64,000 bases of DNA from a virus. The notes beneath the pieces were generated by a model that was not told where the DNA came from, ran no database searches, and was given only the letters and a program-made list of their open reading frames with translations. Positions 30,464-40,390 of the stretch are shown one piece after another; position 1 is the first letter of the stretch; every line of letters starts with the position of its first letter. Made by a program: the position numbers and the translations under genes. The stretch covers positions 1 through 64,000 of the IMG/VR virus record IMGVR_UViG_3300037507_004165. One strand, written 5' to 3'.

Positions 30464-31600
30464 ATGACAAATACAGAAGTGAGAACAGAAGATCCATTTA
30501 AGGATATGAATCCTTTTCCGGTATCTCCAGAAATTACAGAAGAAATAATTAAAGAAATTGGCAACATCAAGTGCGAAGTTCTCGGTCCAGGTGTTGTTGT
30601 TTTCAGAAACGCATTTAACATTGATCAAAGTCTTATATTAAACTATATTGATAGCAAAGCTGAAGATGCTCATAAAATTCGATGGACCTATCATCAGATT
30701 GATGGTGTAACCTATGGGATAAATGAAGATGGATTTAGATACAGGATGGAAGAGGTTCCCTCTACGCCAATTAGACTGTTAGATCCCGTTAATTCAACAA
30801 CACCTGAATCAGTTAAAAACTTCTTTTTATACCTCGAAGATCAGATATACAAGTGCTTACTAAAATATATCGATCATTACCCTTTGATGATAGGCAGTAT
30901 TTGGTGGAAGACAAGGGGCCATATACTCAGATATGGAGATGGCGGAAGGCTAGGCTGCCACGCGGATAACGATACTAATTACAAGGTAACAAAAGGCGTA
31001 AGGTATATGCCGAGAGGAATGGTTGCATCACGCCAAACATGTGGTGCCCTCATTTATATGAATGATTGCGTGGATACTGAAGAAGAGCTTAATGGGAAAA
31101 ACTTTACTGGCGGAAACCTTAGGTTTGTCCATCTTGGCATTTCCTATAAACCTCAAAAAGGTGATATTATATTTTTTCCAACCAACTATGTTGCATCTCA
31201 TGATGTTGAAACAATGGGCAAAGGTGTCAGATACAGTTATTTAACATTTTTTGGGCAAGGAGCAGACGATATAAAAGCAGGAATAGTAGTAGTTGAAAAA
31301 AATAAAAGCAAGCAATGGTGTCCGCCAGTTTGGTTTGACAACATTTATGATGACTATGAAAAATACTGTAAATCAGAGTATTCTATTTATTCCGATGTAC
31401 AGGGAAATGGTGTGGAGCCAGGTTGGAACCCTGTATTTCAGGGCAGAGAGGTGGCGCAGTATGGCACTACGCACGATTCAGTCGAAATTGGGTCAATGCC
31501 AGATCCGGACACTTCTGAATTATTGCCTGCCAAAAATGATCAAGATAAAGAAGATATAATGGGCCCATGTGGAACAGAGCCCCAAAAAATAGGAGAGTGA
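30464..31600 (+). CDS. 2OG-Fe(II) oxygenase, tandem paralog 1 of 4
   Basis: WWKTRGH, HADND, IYMNDCV, FTGG, FFPTNYVASHDV, GVRYSY. Confidence 0.75.
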   Translation: MTNTEVRTEDPFKDMNPFPVSPEITEEIIKEIGNIKCEVLGPGVVVFRNAFNIDQSLILNYIDSKAEDAHKIRWTYHQIDGVTYGINEDGFRYRMEEVPSTPIRLLDPVNSTTPESVKNFFLYLEDQIYKCLLKYIDHYPLMIGSIWWKTRGHILRYGDGGRLGCHADNDTNYKVTKGVRYMPRGMVASRQTCGALIYMNDCVDTEEELNGKNFTGGNLRFVHLGISYKPQKGDIIFFPTNYVASHDVETMGKGVRYSYLTFFGQGADDIKAGIVVVEKNKSKQWCPPVWFDNIYDDYEKYCKSEYSIYSDVQGNGVEPGWNPVFQGREVAQYGTTHDSVEIGSMPDPDTSELLPAKNDQDKEDIMGPCGTEPQKIGE

Positions 31601-31601
31601 A

Positions 31602-32540
31602 ATGCTACCAGAACCAATTAATTATGGAATGGGAGTAGTTTGTTTTCCTAGTGCAATAGATGTTGATCAAGATCTTATAATCCCATATTTGGCTTCTTTA
31701 AAGCAAAAAGCTGTAGAAGAAGACTACACAATAGTCAAAGAAGAAGACGGAGCTTCATATGCAATCAACAGAAGCGGACATCGATTTTCTATCGATGACA
31801 TAGATAAGGCAGCAAGCCACATAATGAATTTTTTGGATGAAAATAGTCCAAAAGAACTTGTTTCATTTTTTGAAAAATGTGAAGAAACCTTTTATAACTG
31901 CTTGCTCAGATATATAGAAATATTTCCCATGATCTTGCCCAATATCTGGTGGAGAACACTTGGTCACGTTCTTGCTTACGGTCCAAATAGCGATATGGGA
32001 ATACATAATGATAATGATGTGAACTACCAGCCTGGTTTTGAGCCAGATCTACAACTGGCAACAAGGAATGTTTTAGGTGTTATTATATATTTGAATTCTT
32101 CAGTCCCTAATAAGGAAGATATTAAAAAGTATGAATATAATAATGGGGAAATTGTTTTTGAATATGCGAATGCAACTCATCATCCTAAGGCTGGTGATAT
32201 TCTTATGTTTCCATCGAATTATCTTGGAACTCATGAAATAAAACCTTGTCTTAATGGCAGTAGGTACGCATACATAGGATACTTTGCTCAGGGTTCATCA
32301 CACCCAGAAAGAGGAATTCATGTAATTCACGGAAACTTTCCAGCAGGAAAACAAGGCCAAGTTTGGATGGAAAATATAAGAGAAGACTACGCAAAGTACA
32401 TTATTTCCAAGTATAATATAGAAGACTTAAAATCAGTAAGAGATCCAAAGCTTATATCTCTTTTAAGGGGAACCATTAGAAGATATAATAGTTCTGGAAC
32501 AGAAAAAAATCTTCCGCATAAAAAGGAAAAAAATGATTGA
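31602..32540 (+). CDS. 2OG-Fe(II) oxygenase, tandem paralog 2 of 4
   Basis: WWRTLGH, HNDND, FPSNYLGTHEI, GSRYAY. Confidence 0.75.
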   Translation: MLPEPINYGMGVVCFPSAIDVDQDLIIPYLASLKQKAVEEDYTIVKEEDGASYAINRSGHRFSIDDIDKAASHIMNFLDENSPKELVSFFEKCEETFYNCLLRYIEIFPMILPNIWWRTLGHVLAYGPNSDMGIHNDNDVNYQPGFEPDLQLATRNVLGVIIYLNSSVPNKEDIKKYEYNNGEIVFEYANATHHPKAGDILMFPSNYLGTHEIKPCLNGSRYAYIGYFAQGSSHPERGIHVIHGNFPAGKQGQVWMENIREDYAKYIISKYNIEDLKSVRDPKLISLLRGTIRRYNSSGTEKNLPHKKEKND

Positions 32541-33402
32541 CAATAATGTTGAAGCAGATCATTTGGGTGGTGGAGTAATCGTATTTAGATCTGCACTTGA
32601 GCTTGATTGGGATTACATTCTTAATTTTTCCAGAAACGCAATCAATAAAGAAAAAGACGAAATGTATCAACCAGCAGTAAATCCAGAAACTGGTGTTGAA
32701 TGTTACATAAATAAAAGTGGATACTTTTTTAGCAAAGACAGTGTAGAGCAAATGCCCGGAAGAGGCTCTGCAATACACAGATATGCAGATGAAAAAATAA
32801 GAGAGATATTTGAATTTATTGAAGATTCAAAAGACAGGTATCTACTTAAATATTTTGAACTTTTTCCCCTAGCCGCCAAATGCGTATGGTGGAAGGTAAA
32901 AGGGCACATAGTTCAGTATAAAAAGGGTGTTTACTTAGGATCACACTCCGATATAAGTGCAGATTATGTTTATGACGTTTGGACGCCAACTGATCAGCTA
33001 GCAACAAGAAACACTATAAGTACAGTATTTTATTTAAATAATTGTGTAGATGAGGACTTAGTAAGCGATAACACATTCTCTGGTGGGCATCATTATTTTA
33101 ATTACCTAGATATAGACTTTGCCCCCACAAGGGGTGACATACTCTTCTTTCCGTCAAACTATATGGCTGGACATGAAGTTAAGCCGGTATCTGCTGGAGA
33201 AAGATACTCCTATCTTGGCTGGTATAGCCATGGCACTCCAAACAAAGAGGTTGGAGAATCAGTTACTGATCCAATAAAAAATCCTGAAATTTCTAAAACA
33301 TCTAGCAATCTCTACATGCCAAACCTGATGGAAGACTATAAAAAATTTCTTATAAGCAGAGGTTATGGAGAGCATTCAGAGCATTTTAGGATTATGAGAT
33401 AA
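32533..33402 (+). CDS. 2OG-Fe(II) oxygenase, tandem paralog 3 of 4
   Basis: WWKVKGH, HSD, YLNNCV, FFPSNYMAGHEV, GERYSY. Confidence 0.75.
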   Translation: MIDNNVEADHLGGGVIVFRSALELDWDYILNFSRNAINKEKDEMYQPAVNPETGVECYINKSGYFFSKDSVEQMPGRGSAIHRYADEKIREIFEFIEDSKDRYLLKYFELFPLAAKCVWWKVKGHIVQYKKGVYLGSHSDISADYVYDVWTPTDQLATRNTISTVFYLNNCVDEDLVSDNTFSGGHHYFNYLDIDFAPTRGDILFFPSNYMAGHEVKPVSAGERYSYLGWYSHGTPNKEVGESVTDPIKNPEISKTSSNLYMPNLMEDYKKFLISRGYGEHSEHFRIMR

Positions 33403-33404
33403 TA

Positions 33405-34184
33405 ATGAAAATTACTGATATAGGAAGTGGTCTTTGCGTTATAGAGGATCTATTTAATGTAGATCCAAAGTTTACAATTGAGTATATAAACTTTCTAAGA
33501 AAATTAGAACAAGATACATTTACTTATGTAGAGGAAAATGGAAAAAAGTACGCCGTTAATAGAACAGGTTTTAAGTTTGATTTAGAGTCTGTTGCGATGG
33601 CTCCAGAAAGATTTATAGACCCATTATGTAAATCTTATGAGCAAAAACCAACTGAAGAACAGGTAAAATTAGTTCAAGATCTTGAGTCTTATCTCTATAA
33701 GGTTTTGGTTGAATACTGTAAGCTATACCCCGATGCCGCCACAGTTTGCTGGTGGAGAAGTCACGGTCATTTTGCAACCTATTCAAACGGACAAAGAATA
33801 GGGTCACATTGTGATGATCAAATTCCTTACGAAGAAAGTATGGGAGCTTCTAATGAGTATCCCAAACACGCAAAAGTAAGTATAAATATATATATGAATG
33901 ATTGTGTCGAAAGTGAAGACCAATTAGATGGAACAAATTTCACTGGTGGAGCGATAAGATTTAGGCACGCAAAATATGAGCACAAACCCAAAATGGGTAC
34001 CGCTGTCATCTACCCCGCAAACTACATAGGAACACATGAGGTTACGCCAGTTACTGGTGGAATAAGAGTAGCTTACTTGGGTTCTTTTCTTTACGGAAGC
34101 CCAGAAAACTCATCCCCAAATGATAGTAGAATTTGGATGAAAAATCTAAAAGAAGACTGCAATTTCTTTCAAAGAAAAATTTAA
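33405..34184 (+). CDS. 2OG-Fe(II) oxygenase, tandem paralog 4 of 4
   Basis: WWRSHGH, HCDD, IYMNDCV, YPANYIGTHEV, GIRVAY. Confidence 0.75.
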   Translation: MKITDIGSGLCVIEDLFNVDPKFTIEYINFLRKLEQDTFTYVEENGKKYAVNRTGFKFDLESVAMAPERFIDPLCKSYEQKPTEEQVKLVQDLESYLYKVLVEYCKLYPDAATVCWWRSHGHFATYSNGQRIGSHCDDQIPYEESMGASNEYPKHAKVSINIYMNDCVESEDQLDGTNFTGGAIRFRHAKYEHKPKMGTAVIYPANYIGTHEVTPVTGGIRVAYLGSFLYGSPENSSPNDSRIWMKNLKEDCNFFQRKI

Positions 34185-34209
34185 AATCACGTCATAAACC
34201 CTTTCTCGG

Positions 34210-34217
34210 TTACTATA
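34210..34217 (+). promoter_or_regulatory. putative late promoter motif TTACTATA
   Basis: About 39 nt before ATG 34250, where structural genes resume. Confidence 0.55.
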
Positions 34218-34249
34218 TATTACAGTTCCTTTATCTGTGGGGTAATTAA

Positions 34250-34534
34250 ATGCTTTACGGCAGTCCTATAAATTATAATCAGCCAAATTATTCTTATACT
34301 GGAACCCTTTATGTATATGTTCCTGGTAACCCAAATCCTATAGTAGTTCCAAATGTTTCTTTGTTCTACGCAACCACAGAAGACTATTCAAATTTAACAA
34401 CAATTAGTTTAATAAGTCTTGAAATTCAGGGAGAGGCAATTATAACCGTTGTTCCAGAAAACGAAGATTATACAGCCCTTTTAACTGCAGAAGTTCTTTA
34501 TTTGACTGGCGAAAATGAAATAGCAATAGGCTAA
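34250..34534 (+). CDS. small acidic virion-associated protein
   Basis: 94 aa with no Lys or Arg; late motif upstream. Confidence 0.55.
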   Translation: MLYGSPINYNQPNYSYTGTLYVYVPGNPNPIVVPNVSLFYATTEDYSNLTTISLISLEIQGEAIITVVPENEDYTALLTAEVLYLTGENEIAIG

Positions 34535-34543
34535 TAAAAGCTT

Positions 34544-34551
34544 CTACTATA
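34544..34551 (+). promoter_or_regulatory. putative late promoter motif CTACTATA
   Basis: About 38 nt before ATG 34583 (GGAG RBS). Confidence 0.55.
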
Positions 34552-34582
34552 TAAGAAACTGCTTATTTTAAAATGGAGATTT

Positions 34583-35491
34583 ATGTCAACTAGCAACGTG
34601 CTCGTAAATGACACAGTAAAATTAAAAGTAAAATTTCTTGACCAAGACATAAATGGCAATCAAGTAGAAGCCACAATGAGTTCTGTCAATGTTAAAATAG
34701 TCAATTCAAAAGAAGAAGAAATAGTTAATACATTAGCCACAGCAGTCTCTGGTTCTCTTTCAGAATATTACTATAATTTTACCCCAACAATAGCTGGAGC
34801 ATATGCCGTAACTTTTACCGGAATTACCGCAGGAAGCCCGTCAAAAACGATTGTTTCTAGAACAAACATATATGCGAGTACAAGCACTACGGAATATAAA
34901 CCAACAGTAACCCTAAGAGCAGATGAGACAATATTATTTGCTCCAGACCTTTACCCCCTTTATCTAGACCCAGAAGAACTTCTTTCGATATTTCCAGACG
35001 CATCATTAATAGAAATAGGGGAAATGATTTATCATTACTCCTTGGAGATAAAAGAAATTTATGGACTTGGAGACGATGTAGATGGGTCAACTTTGCCATT
35101 CACAATACTTGAGTATATAAAGGCAGCTGCAGCATGTGAGCTAAGCAGAACTTACGGATTTGGTGGAGACGACGAACTATCCCTAAAGCTTGGGGACCTA
35201 GAGATAACCAATAGATCAGCACCAAGACAGGTTGCAACAAGATCAAATGCTACTACATGGTGTCAAATAGCCGCTTCGCTAAGAAGAGAAGTCTTGGCTA
35301 AAAAGGTCTCCATGAAGGGGGTAATGCCTAAGGGGTATCCATCTATTAAAACTAAAACCTCTGGCAAGAGAGTCGATCCACAAACTGGTAAAATGGTTTA
35401 CTTATCAGACATAGAGTTGATGGGTCCAGGTAGAACTGTTTCTGTAAAAGATGAGCCAGAATTTGACAGAGGTTTAAGGCAGTATGATTAA
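34583..35491 (+). CDS. neck/head-tail adaptor-like protein with N-terminal Ig-like domain
   Basis: YYYNFTP..GAYAVTF beta domain, then helical EYIKAAAACEL..SLKLGDLEI; lies before head-closure and sheath genes. Confidence 0.55.
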   Translation: MSTSNVLVNDTVKLKVKFLDQDINGNQVEATMSSVNVKIVNSKEEEIVNTLATAVSGSLSEYYYNFTPTIAGAYAVTFTGITAGSPSKTIVSRTNIYASTSTTEYKPTVTLRADETILFAPDLYPLYLDPEELLSIFPDASLIEIGEMIYHYSLEIKEIYGLGDDVDGSTLPFTILEYIKAAAACELSRTYGFGGDDELSLKLGDLEITNRSAPRQVATRSNATTWCQIAASLRREVLAKKVSMKGVMPKGYPSIKTKTSGKRVDPQTGKMVYLSDIELMGPGRTVSVKDEPEFDRGLRQYD

Positions 35492-35864
35492 CGCCAAATC
35501 AGTATTTAGTAAAATACTAAGAGAGTGGGGTCATGACATACTTCTGCAAAGAAGGTTGTCAGATGATGGAATGTATAGTGATAAGTTTGAAAGGGTAACA
35601 ACAAGGCATGTCACGGCTGCATCTCGTTATTTGGCTTCCACAAAGGAAGAGGCCGCAGAAGGGCTAATTATTAATTCTGATAGAATATATTACTTTGAAT
35701 CTAAAATAAACCCTAAACCAGGTGATAGAATATATGAGACTTCCCAGTCGTCTTTAGAAGATTATTCCCTATATCTGATAGAAGAGTGCTATCCAGTAAG
35801 AGGAAGATATGGAGAAATAAATTTTTGGACTGTGGGAGCATCAAAGGAAGAGCCAGCGAGTTAA
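35484..35864 (+). CDS. head closure/completion protein
   Basis: 126 aa; YYFE...PKPGDRIYE, RGRYGEINFW; synteny. Confidence 0.55.
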   Translation: MINAKSVFSKILREWGHDILLQRRLSDDGMYSDKFERVTTRHVTAASRYLASTKEEAAEGLIINSDRIYYFESKINPKPGDRIYETSQSSLEDYSLYLIEECYPVRGRYGEINFWTVGASKEEPAS

Positions 35865-35867
35865 ACA

Positions 35868-37481
35868 ATGCTTTTGACAAAACCATCGGACATTGCAACT
35901 ATACCTTTTGTATATAGATCTGGATATGACTATGTCGATCCAAATTCAAACATAAGGGTATTTTTGAGGAGAGGATTCAACTCTGGTGGTGCAACCATAC
36001 TTGGTCCTTTGGTCTTCAATATGGACCTAGCCTTATCTTCTACTCCGCAATACGAACAAATTTTTTCTGATACAAGTTCTATTTCTAGACAATCAATTGG
36101 TTCGTACATACTTAAGTTAAAAATACCAAATAATATATTTCCCGGTCAATATACCGTAGAAATATCCACTACTGTAAATTCGATATCTGACACAAAAGAA
36201 GTACCAATACAAGTTAAGGCCTCTGCGGCTTCTTCTGGTGATTGGAGTTCTGCTCCAAACTACGAAAATTATTCATTGGTAGACAAATCTGTTTCCTTAA
36301 ATGAAAGATCGAAGTACAAAGAAATTTCTCAATTTGAAACAAACAACATTCTCTTAATAGGTCATACAGATGCAATTGAACCGTACGGTATGCAGAAGAT
36401 AAGGTCAATACAGGAAGCAGTTGACATACTAAGAGCTGATTTTAATTCTCCTCTTCTCAGGGGAGTTTTCGATGCCTACAGTTGTGGGGCAAGAGATATA
36501 TACATTATGTCAGCTGGATACATGAGTGAGTATGTAGATAATGTATCTGAAAGAAATGCAAAAATATTTAAAGACAGCTTTAACAATACTTTTTCCTTTT
36601 ACGAAGCATACTATGACAGACTAGCTGAATGCTACACGCTAATTGAGCAGTATGAATTTATTGATATTATTGTTCCGCTAGAAGCATCAATCATAAACAC
36701 CGGCAATAAAAACTTTGCCAAACAGCTATCATTGGTTTGTGGAAGAATACAAGAAAATACTGGAGAAGTAACAATTGGAATAATCGGTTCAAGAAATCAG
36801 GGAATGAGTTCTTCAGATATTCAAACTCTTTTATCAACAAACTATGAAATACCATCAACAATTGATGGAAATGGATACATAACTAGAGATTATGGAAAGC
36901 ACATCATAATGATTTATGGAGAAGCAGTGTTTTCCCATAAGCAAATGCAAAGAACATACACATCGTCTGTAGCAGCAGCAGTTGCTGGCATGTTGAGCTC
37001 TACACAGGTTAATCTTGGGCTAAGCAAGCAAAGAATACCTTCAGCTTTATCAATACATGGAAATGAACCAAAGGTAAATGAAGTAAAAGCTTTGGAGCAG
37101 AAGGGTATAAACTGCGCTATCAGAGGTGGCAGATCAAGAAGATTTGTTGGTCCTTATGACGTGTATTTAAGTGGAGATTTAACTCAATCAATTAGCGAAA
37201 ACTTTAAAGATGCTTCAAACGTAAGACTGGCCGCAATGCTTATAGGCGAAGTCCAAGCAATAGGAAATAATGGTATAGGTAAATTCAACTATTCAAAAGT
37301 AATAGCAAAAGTAGAATCATTATTAGTTTACTTAAAGCAACTAGATATAGTCAGAGACTACGGGCTAGATGCTTATGCAGACAAAGACGAAAAAGGAAAG
37401 CTTTATTTTAACATAAACATAAAGTCTTCTAGAACTTTAAGAGATATATCTTTTAATATAGCTACAGGCAGAGGTGTCTAA
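35868..37481 (+). CDS. tail sheath-like protein 1 with N-terminal beta domain
   Basis: LLIG, LLRGVFDAYSCGARDIYI, AAAVAGMLSS, LEQKGIN and C-terminal sheath-like region parallel to 38317-39573. Confidence 0.6.
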   Translation: MLLTKPSDIATIPFVYRSGYDYVDPNSNIRVFLRRGFNSGGATILGPLVFNMDLALSSTPQYEQIFSDTSSISRQSIGSYILKLKIPNNIFPGQYTVEISTTVNSISDTKEVPIQVKASAASSGDWSSAPNYENYSLVDKSVSLNERSKYKEISQFETNNILLIGHTDAIEPYGMQKIRSIQEAVDILRADFNSPLLRGVFDAYSCGARDIYIMSAGYMSEYVDNVSERNAKIFKDSFNNTFSFYEAYYDRLAECYTLIEQYEFIDIIVPLEASIINTGNKNFAKQLSLVCGRIQENTGEVTIGIIGSRNQGMSSSDIQTLLSTNYEIPSTIDGNGYITRDYGKHIIMIYGEAVFSHKQMQRTYTSSVAAAVAGMLSSTQVNLGLSKQRIPSALSIHGNEPKVNEVKALEQKGINCAIRGGRSRRFVGPYDVYLSGDLTQSISENFKDASNVRLAAMLIGEVQAIGNNGIGKFNYSKVIAKVESLLVYLKQLDIVRDYGLDAYADKDEKGKLYFNINIKSSRTLRDISFNIATGRGV

Positions 37482-38224
37482 TGCCCCAGAATCCAATACG
37501 TTTTCCAGTTCCAAATGTTAATGAAATTAACTATGACAGGTTGGGCGGTCCACCACTTCAAGCTCATGGAAATTTAACTTATATTGAGTTTATAACTGTG
37601 GTTAAGTCTCTCTGGGAAAACGCATACCCAATGATTAAAATAAAGCCAATTCAGTCTGGCGACTATGCGGAGTATCCAGTTATAGCTTATGGACTAGAAT
37701 TAAAGAGAGCTCATTCTGTTGAGCCAAAGCCAAAGACTAGAATATCCCCTAATGATGGGATAGCTATTTACGGCCAAAGATTTCAAAATATAATATCATT
37801 TTCAGTTATAACAAAAGCAGAATCCGGCAAGGTAAAAGGGGCCCTGGAGAGATATTCTGGTCCTGAGGCAGCTGATAAAATAATGGAAACCTTTGAGGAC
37901 TTCATGTTAGAGCATACTCCTGTTTTTAAAAGGCTTGGAGCCTCAGAATTTGTATATGCAAGAAGACTGTCTGATTCTGAAGAAAATAGGCAATCAACAG
38001 ACATTTGTAAAAGAACTGTAACCTACATGCTAACTACAGAGAAGTTGATTGGCATGGAGATTGAAAAGATTGAAAAGGTAGCTATTGACGTAAGAAGGTA
38101 TATGGCCTATGAAAAAGAGCTTTGGGACGACTTCTACGACTTTGACAATAGTGCTACCCCAACTTATGAGGGAACCGAATTAAATATAATTGACTTACAG
38201 CAGACAGCCACTCCAGACTCATAA
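37481..38224 (+). CDS. tail completion/terminator-like protein
   Basis: YGQRFQNIISFSV..A...METFEDFM.E..P.FK..G; immediately before sheath. Confidence 0.5.
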   Translation: MPQNPIRFPVPNVNEINYDRLGGPPLQAHGNLTYIEFITVVKSLWENAYPMIKIKPIQSGDYAEYPVIAYGLELKRAHSVEPKPKTRISPNDGIAIYGQRFQNIISFSVITKAESGKVKGALERYSGPEAADKIMETFEDFMLEHTPVFKRLGASEFVYARRLSDSEENRQSTDICKRTVTYMLTTEKLIGMEIEKIEKVAIDVRRYMAYEKELWDDFYDFDNSATPTYEGTELNIIDLQQTATPDS

Positions 38225-38259
38225 TATCCATATTGTAGTTTGTTTTTAAGATTCATCCA

Positions 38260-38267
38260 TTACTATA
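38260..38267 (+). promoter_or_regulatory. putative late promoter motif TTACTATA
   Basis: About 56 nt before sheath ATG 38317 (GGAGG RBS). Confidence 0.5.
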
Positions 38268-38316
38268 ACTACGAAGTAAAACTATAAATGTCGCTGCAAG
38301 CGGAGGTCAAAAGCTA

Positions 38317-39573
38317 ATGGCTCTACCAGGTGTAAAAACAGTAATCAAAGATAGATTTTATAGCATCTCTCGTCAGGATATTCCTGTCGGTCCGAGAGTT
38401 GTTCTTATTGCCGTAAGAGGCACAGCAGATGGTACAGGCAATGTCAAGGATCTTGACGTTGTTCAGGCAACCTCTGAAGAAGATGTAATTACCGCATTCG
38501 GTGAAGACTCAGATGTTCATAGAGGATATTTTGAACTCCTTGCAGGTGGTGCAGAAAGAATTCATATCGTTCCACTTCCAGCAGACTCCGTATTCAACCA
38601 CACAACAGGCTCAATCACCAGCGTAACATACGCAGCAGCCGGCGGTGGAAATGTTTTTGATGCAGCCTTCGAAGCAGCCGAAGCAGCACAACCAGACATT
38701 ATAGTTCCTTGGGGCCGTGGTTCACATCCAGATGAATGGGAAGATCCAGCAACACCAGGTAATGATCCAGAATTTGGTTTCTATGCAAACAATGGAACTG
38801 GATCAGGCAGCTGGGCTCTAAAGGTTGCGACAAAGGTAAAAGATATTTCAGAAAATTCTCACGCATGCTTTGCCGTTATGGGAATTAAGCCATACGTTGG
38901 AACATCTGAATTCATGACTCCAGCACAGGTTTCTTCACACCTATATAATTCTGGTTCCGGACCTGCTAACCTAATTAGCAGAGGTTCTGTAAGCATGGAA
39001 GAGATCGGCAGACACGTTGTAGTTATCGCTTCAGAGCTTAAGCCAGTTAACTATCCAGATGCATGGGGTTACTCAAATGGAGCTTCAACTTTTGCAGCTG
39101 CGATAAGCAGAATGTCTTCGTTTACTTCACCAGTAAACAAGACAGCATATAACGTAGCTGCGCTCAGATACAATCCTTCAAGAACACAACAGCAAGGATT
39201 GAGTGATCTTGGTGTTAACTTCATTGCGCTTAACTTCAATAAGATTCCAGTCTTTGTTGAGGGACTCACAATGGCAGCAGGAACATCGGATTACACAAGA
39301 ATTTCTACAATGAGAATTGTAACAGAAGCAGCTCTCCTTGTAAGACAAGTGTGCCAGAAGTTTGTTGGCGAGGCATCAACATTGCAAACACGCAATTCGA
39401 TGGAAACCGCAATTACTTCTGCACTACGAGGAATGCAACAAGTTGGTGCCTTGCTAGACAGTGACTTCACAGTAAGTTACTTCCCAGCAGAAAATAAGGC
39501 GTTTGTTGACCTCGTTCTAACACCAGCATTTGAACTCAAGAATATTGAAGTTCAAGTAGCAGTCACAGTATAA
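38317..39573 (+). CDS. contractile tail sheath protein
   Basis: MALPGVKTVIKD, FGEDS, DYTRISTMRI, FVGE, VDLVLTPAFELKNIEV. Confidence 0.8.
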   Translation: MALPGVKTVIKDRFYSISRQDIPVGPRVVLIAVRGTADGTGNVKDLDVVQATSEEDVITAFGEDSDVHRGYFELLAGGAERIHIVPLPADSVFNHTTGSITSVTYAAAGGGNVFDAAFEAAEAAQPDIIVPWGRGSHPDEWEDPATPGNDPEFGFYANNGTGSGSWALKVATKVKDISENSHACFAVMGIKPYVGTSEFMTPAQVSSHLYNSGSGPANLISRGSVSMEEIGRHVVVIASELKPVNYPDAWGYSNGASTFAAAISRMSSFTSPVNKTAYNVAALRYNPSRTQQQGLSDLGVNFIALNFNKIPVFVEGLTMAAGTSDYTRISTMRIVTEAALLVRQVCQKFVGEASTLQTRNSMETAITSALRGMQQVGALLDSDFTVSYFPAENKAFVDLVLTPAFELKNIEVQVAVTV

Positions 39574-39606
39574 CATTAGTTAATATACCGAATTGGAGGG
39601 TATAAA

Positions 39607-40305
39607 ATGGCAGGTTCAGACTACTACGACAGTGCGGTTAATAAGTATCTCAATACTTATACCACATTTTCAGGCGCAGATATAGTTGCCACTTTTGGTG
39701 GCGTTGAGATCGGCGCACTTTCAGGAATCACTTTCTCTGTTACAAGAGAAAAGGCTCCTATTTACACAATGGGTTCACCAAATCCAAGATCTTTCTCTAG
39801 AGGAAAGCGCGGAATTGCTGGATCGTTAATATTCACGGTTTTTGATCGTCCAGCTCTTTACCAGATGCTCGACGCCAATCACCAAAAAGACAATGCACAG
39901 ATGTTCTACACAAGAAGACACAACACCCTTCCTGGAGATGTTGGACACAAGCGTGGAATCGCAGAGTTCTCTTCACAAGATTCTGACATTGTTTCACAAG
40001 TTCCATTTTACGCAGACCAAATTCCTCCTTTTGACATCACTATCACTTTTGCTAACGAATATGGCCAAGGTGCAGTGCGTTCAATCTACGGCGTAGAACT
40101 TTTGAATGAAGGTTCAGGCGCTTCGATGGATGACATTGTCATTGAGGAAACTATGACTTACGTAGCAAGAGAAATCGGTCCAATGTACAGAATTACAACC
40201 GATCAACTTGCAAATGGTAAGTTTAATACTGGAGATCTCAGAGACATCATTAACAGAGATGCCGTTTCTGAGGCAGGTCTTAATCCTAAGATAGTGAGAC
40301 CATAA
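39607..40305 (+). CDS. tail tube protein
   Basis: FSGADI, ITFSVTREKAPIYTMG..PRSFSRGKRGIAGSLIF, DQIPPFDI, TYVARE; GGAGG RBS; terminator after. Confidence 0.8.
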   Translation: MAGSDYYDSAVNKYLNTYTTFSGADIVATFGGVEIGALSGITFSVTREKAPIYTMGSPNPRSFSRGKRGIAGSLIFTVFDRPALYQMLDANHQKDNAQMFYTRRHNTLPGDVGHKRGIAEFSSQDSDIVSQVPFYADQIPPFDITITFANEYGQGAVRSIYGVELLNEGSGASMDDIVIEETMTYVAREIGPMYRITTDQLANGKFNTGDLRDIINRDAVSEAGLNPKIVRP

Positions 40306-40335
40306 GTATTATACTTATTTAATAAGTAGGTTTTT

Positions 40336-40371
40336 GGTGGAGGAGATGGGGCAACTCTCTCCTCCACCTTT
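40336..40371 (+). terminator. intrinsic terminator after tail tube
   Basis: GGTGGAGGAGA..GCAA..TCTCCTCCACC TTT. Confidence 0.8.
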
Positions 40372-40390
40372 GCTTTTATAAAGGAAACAA

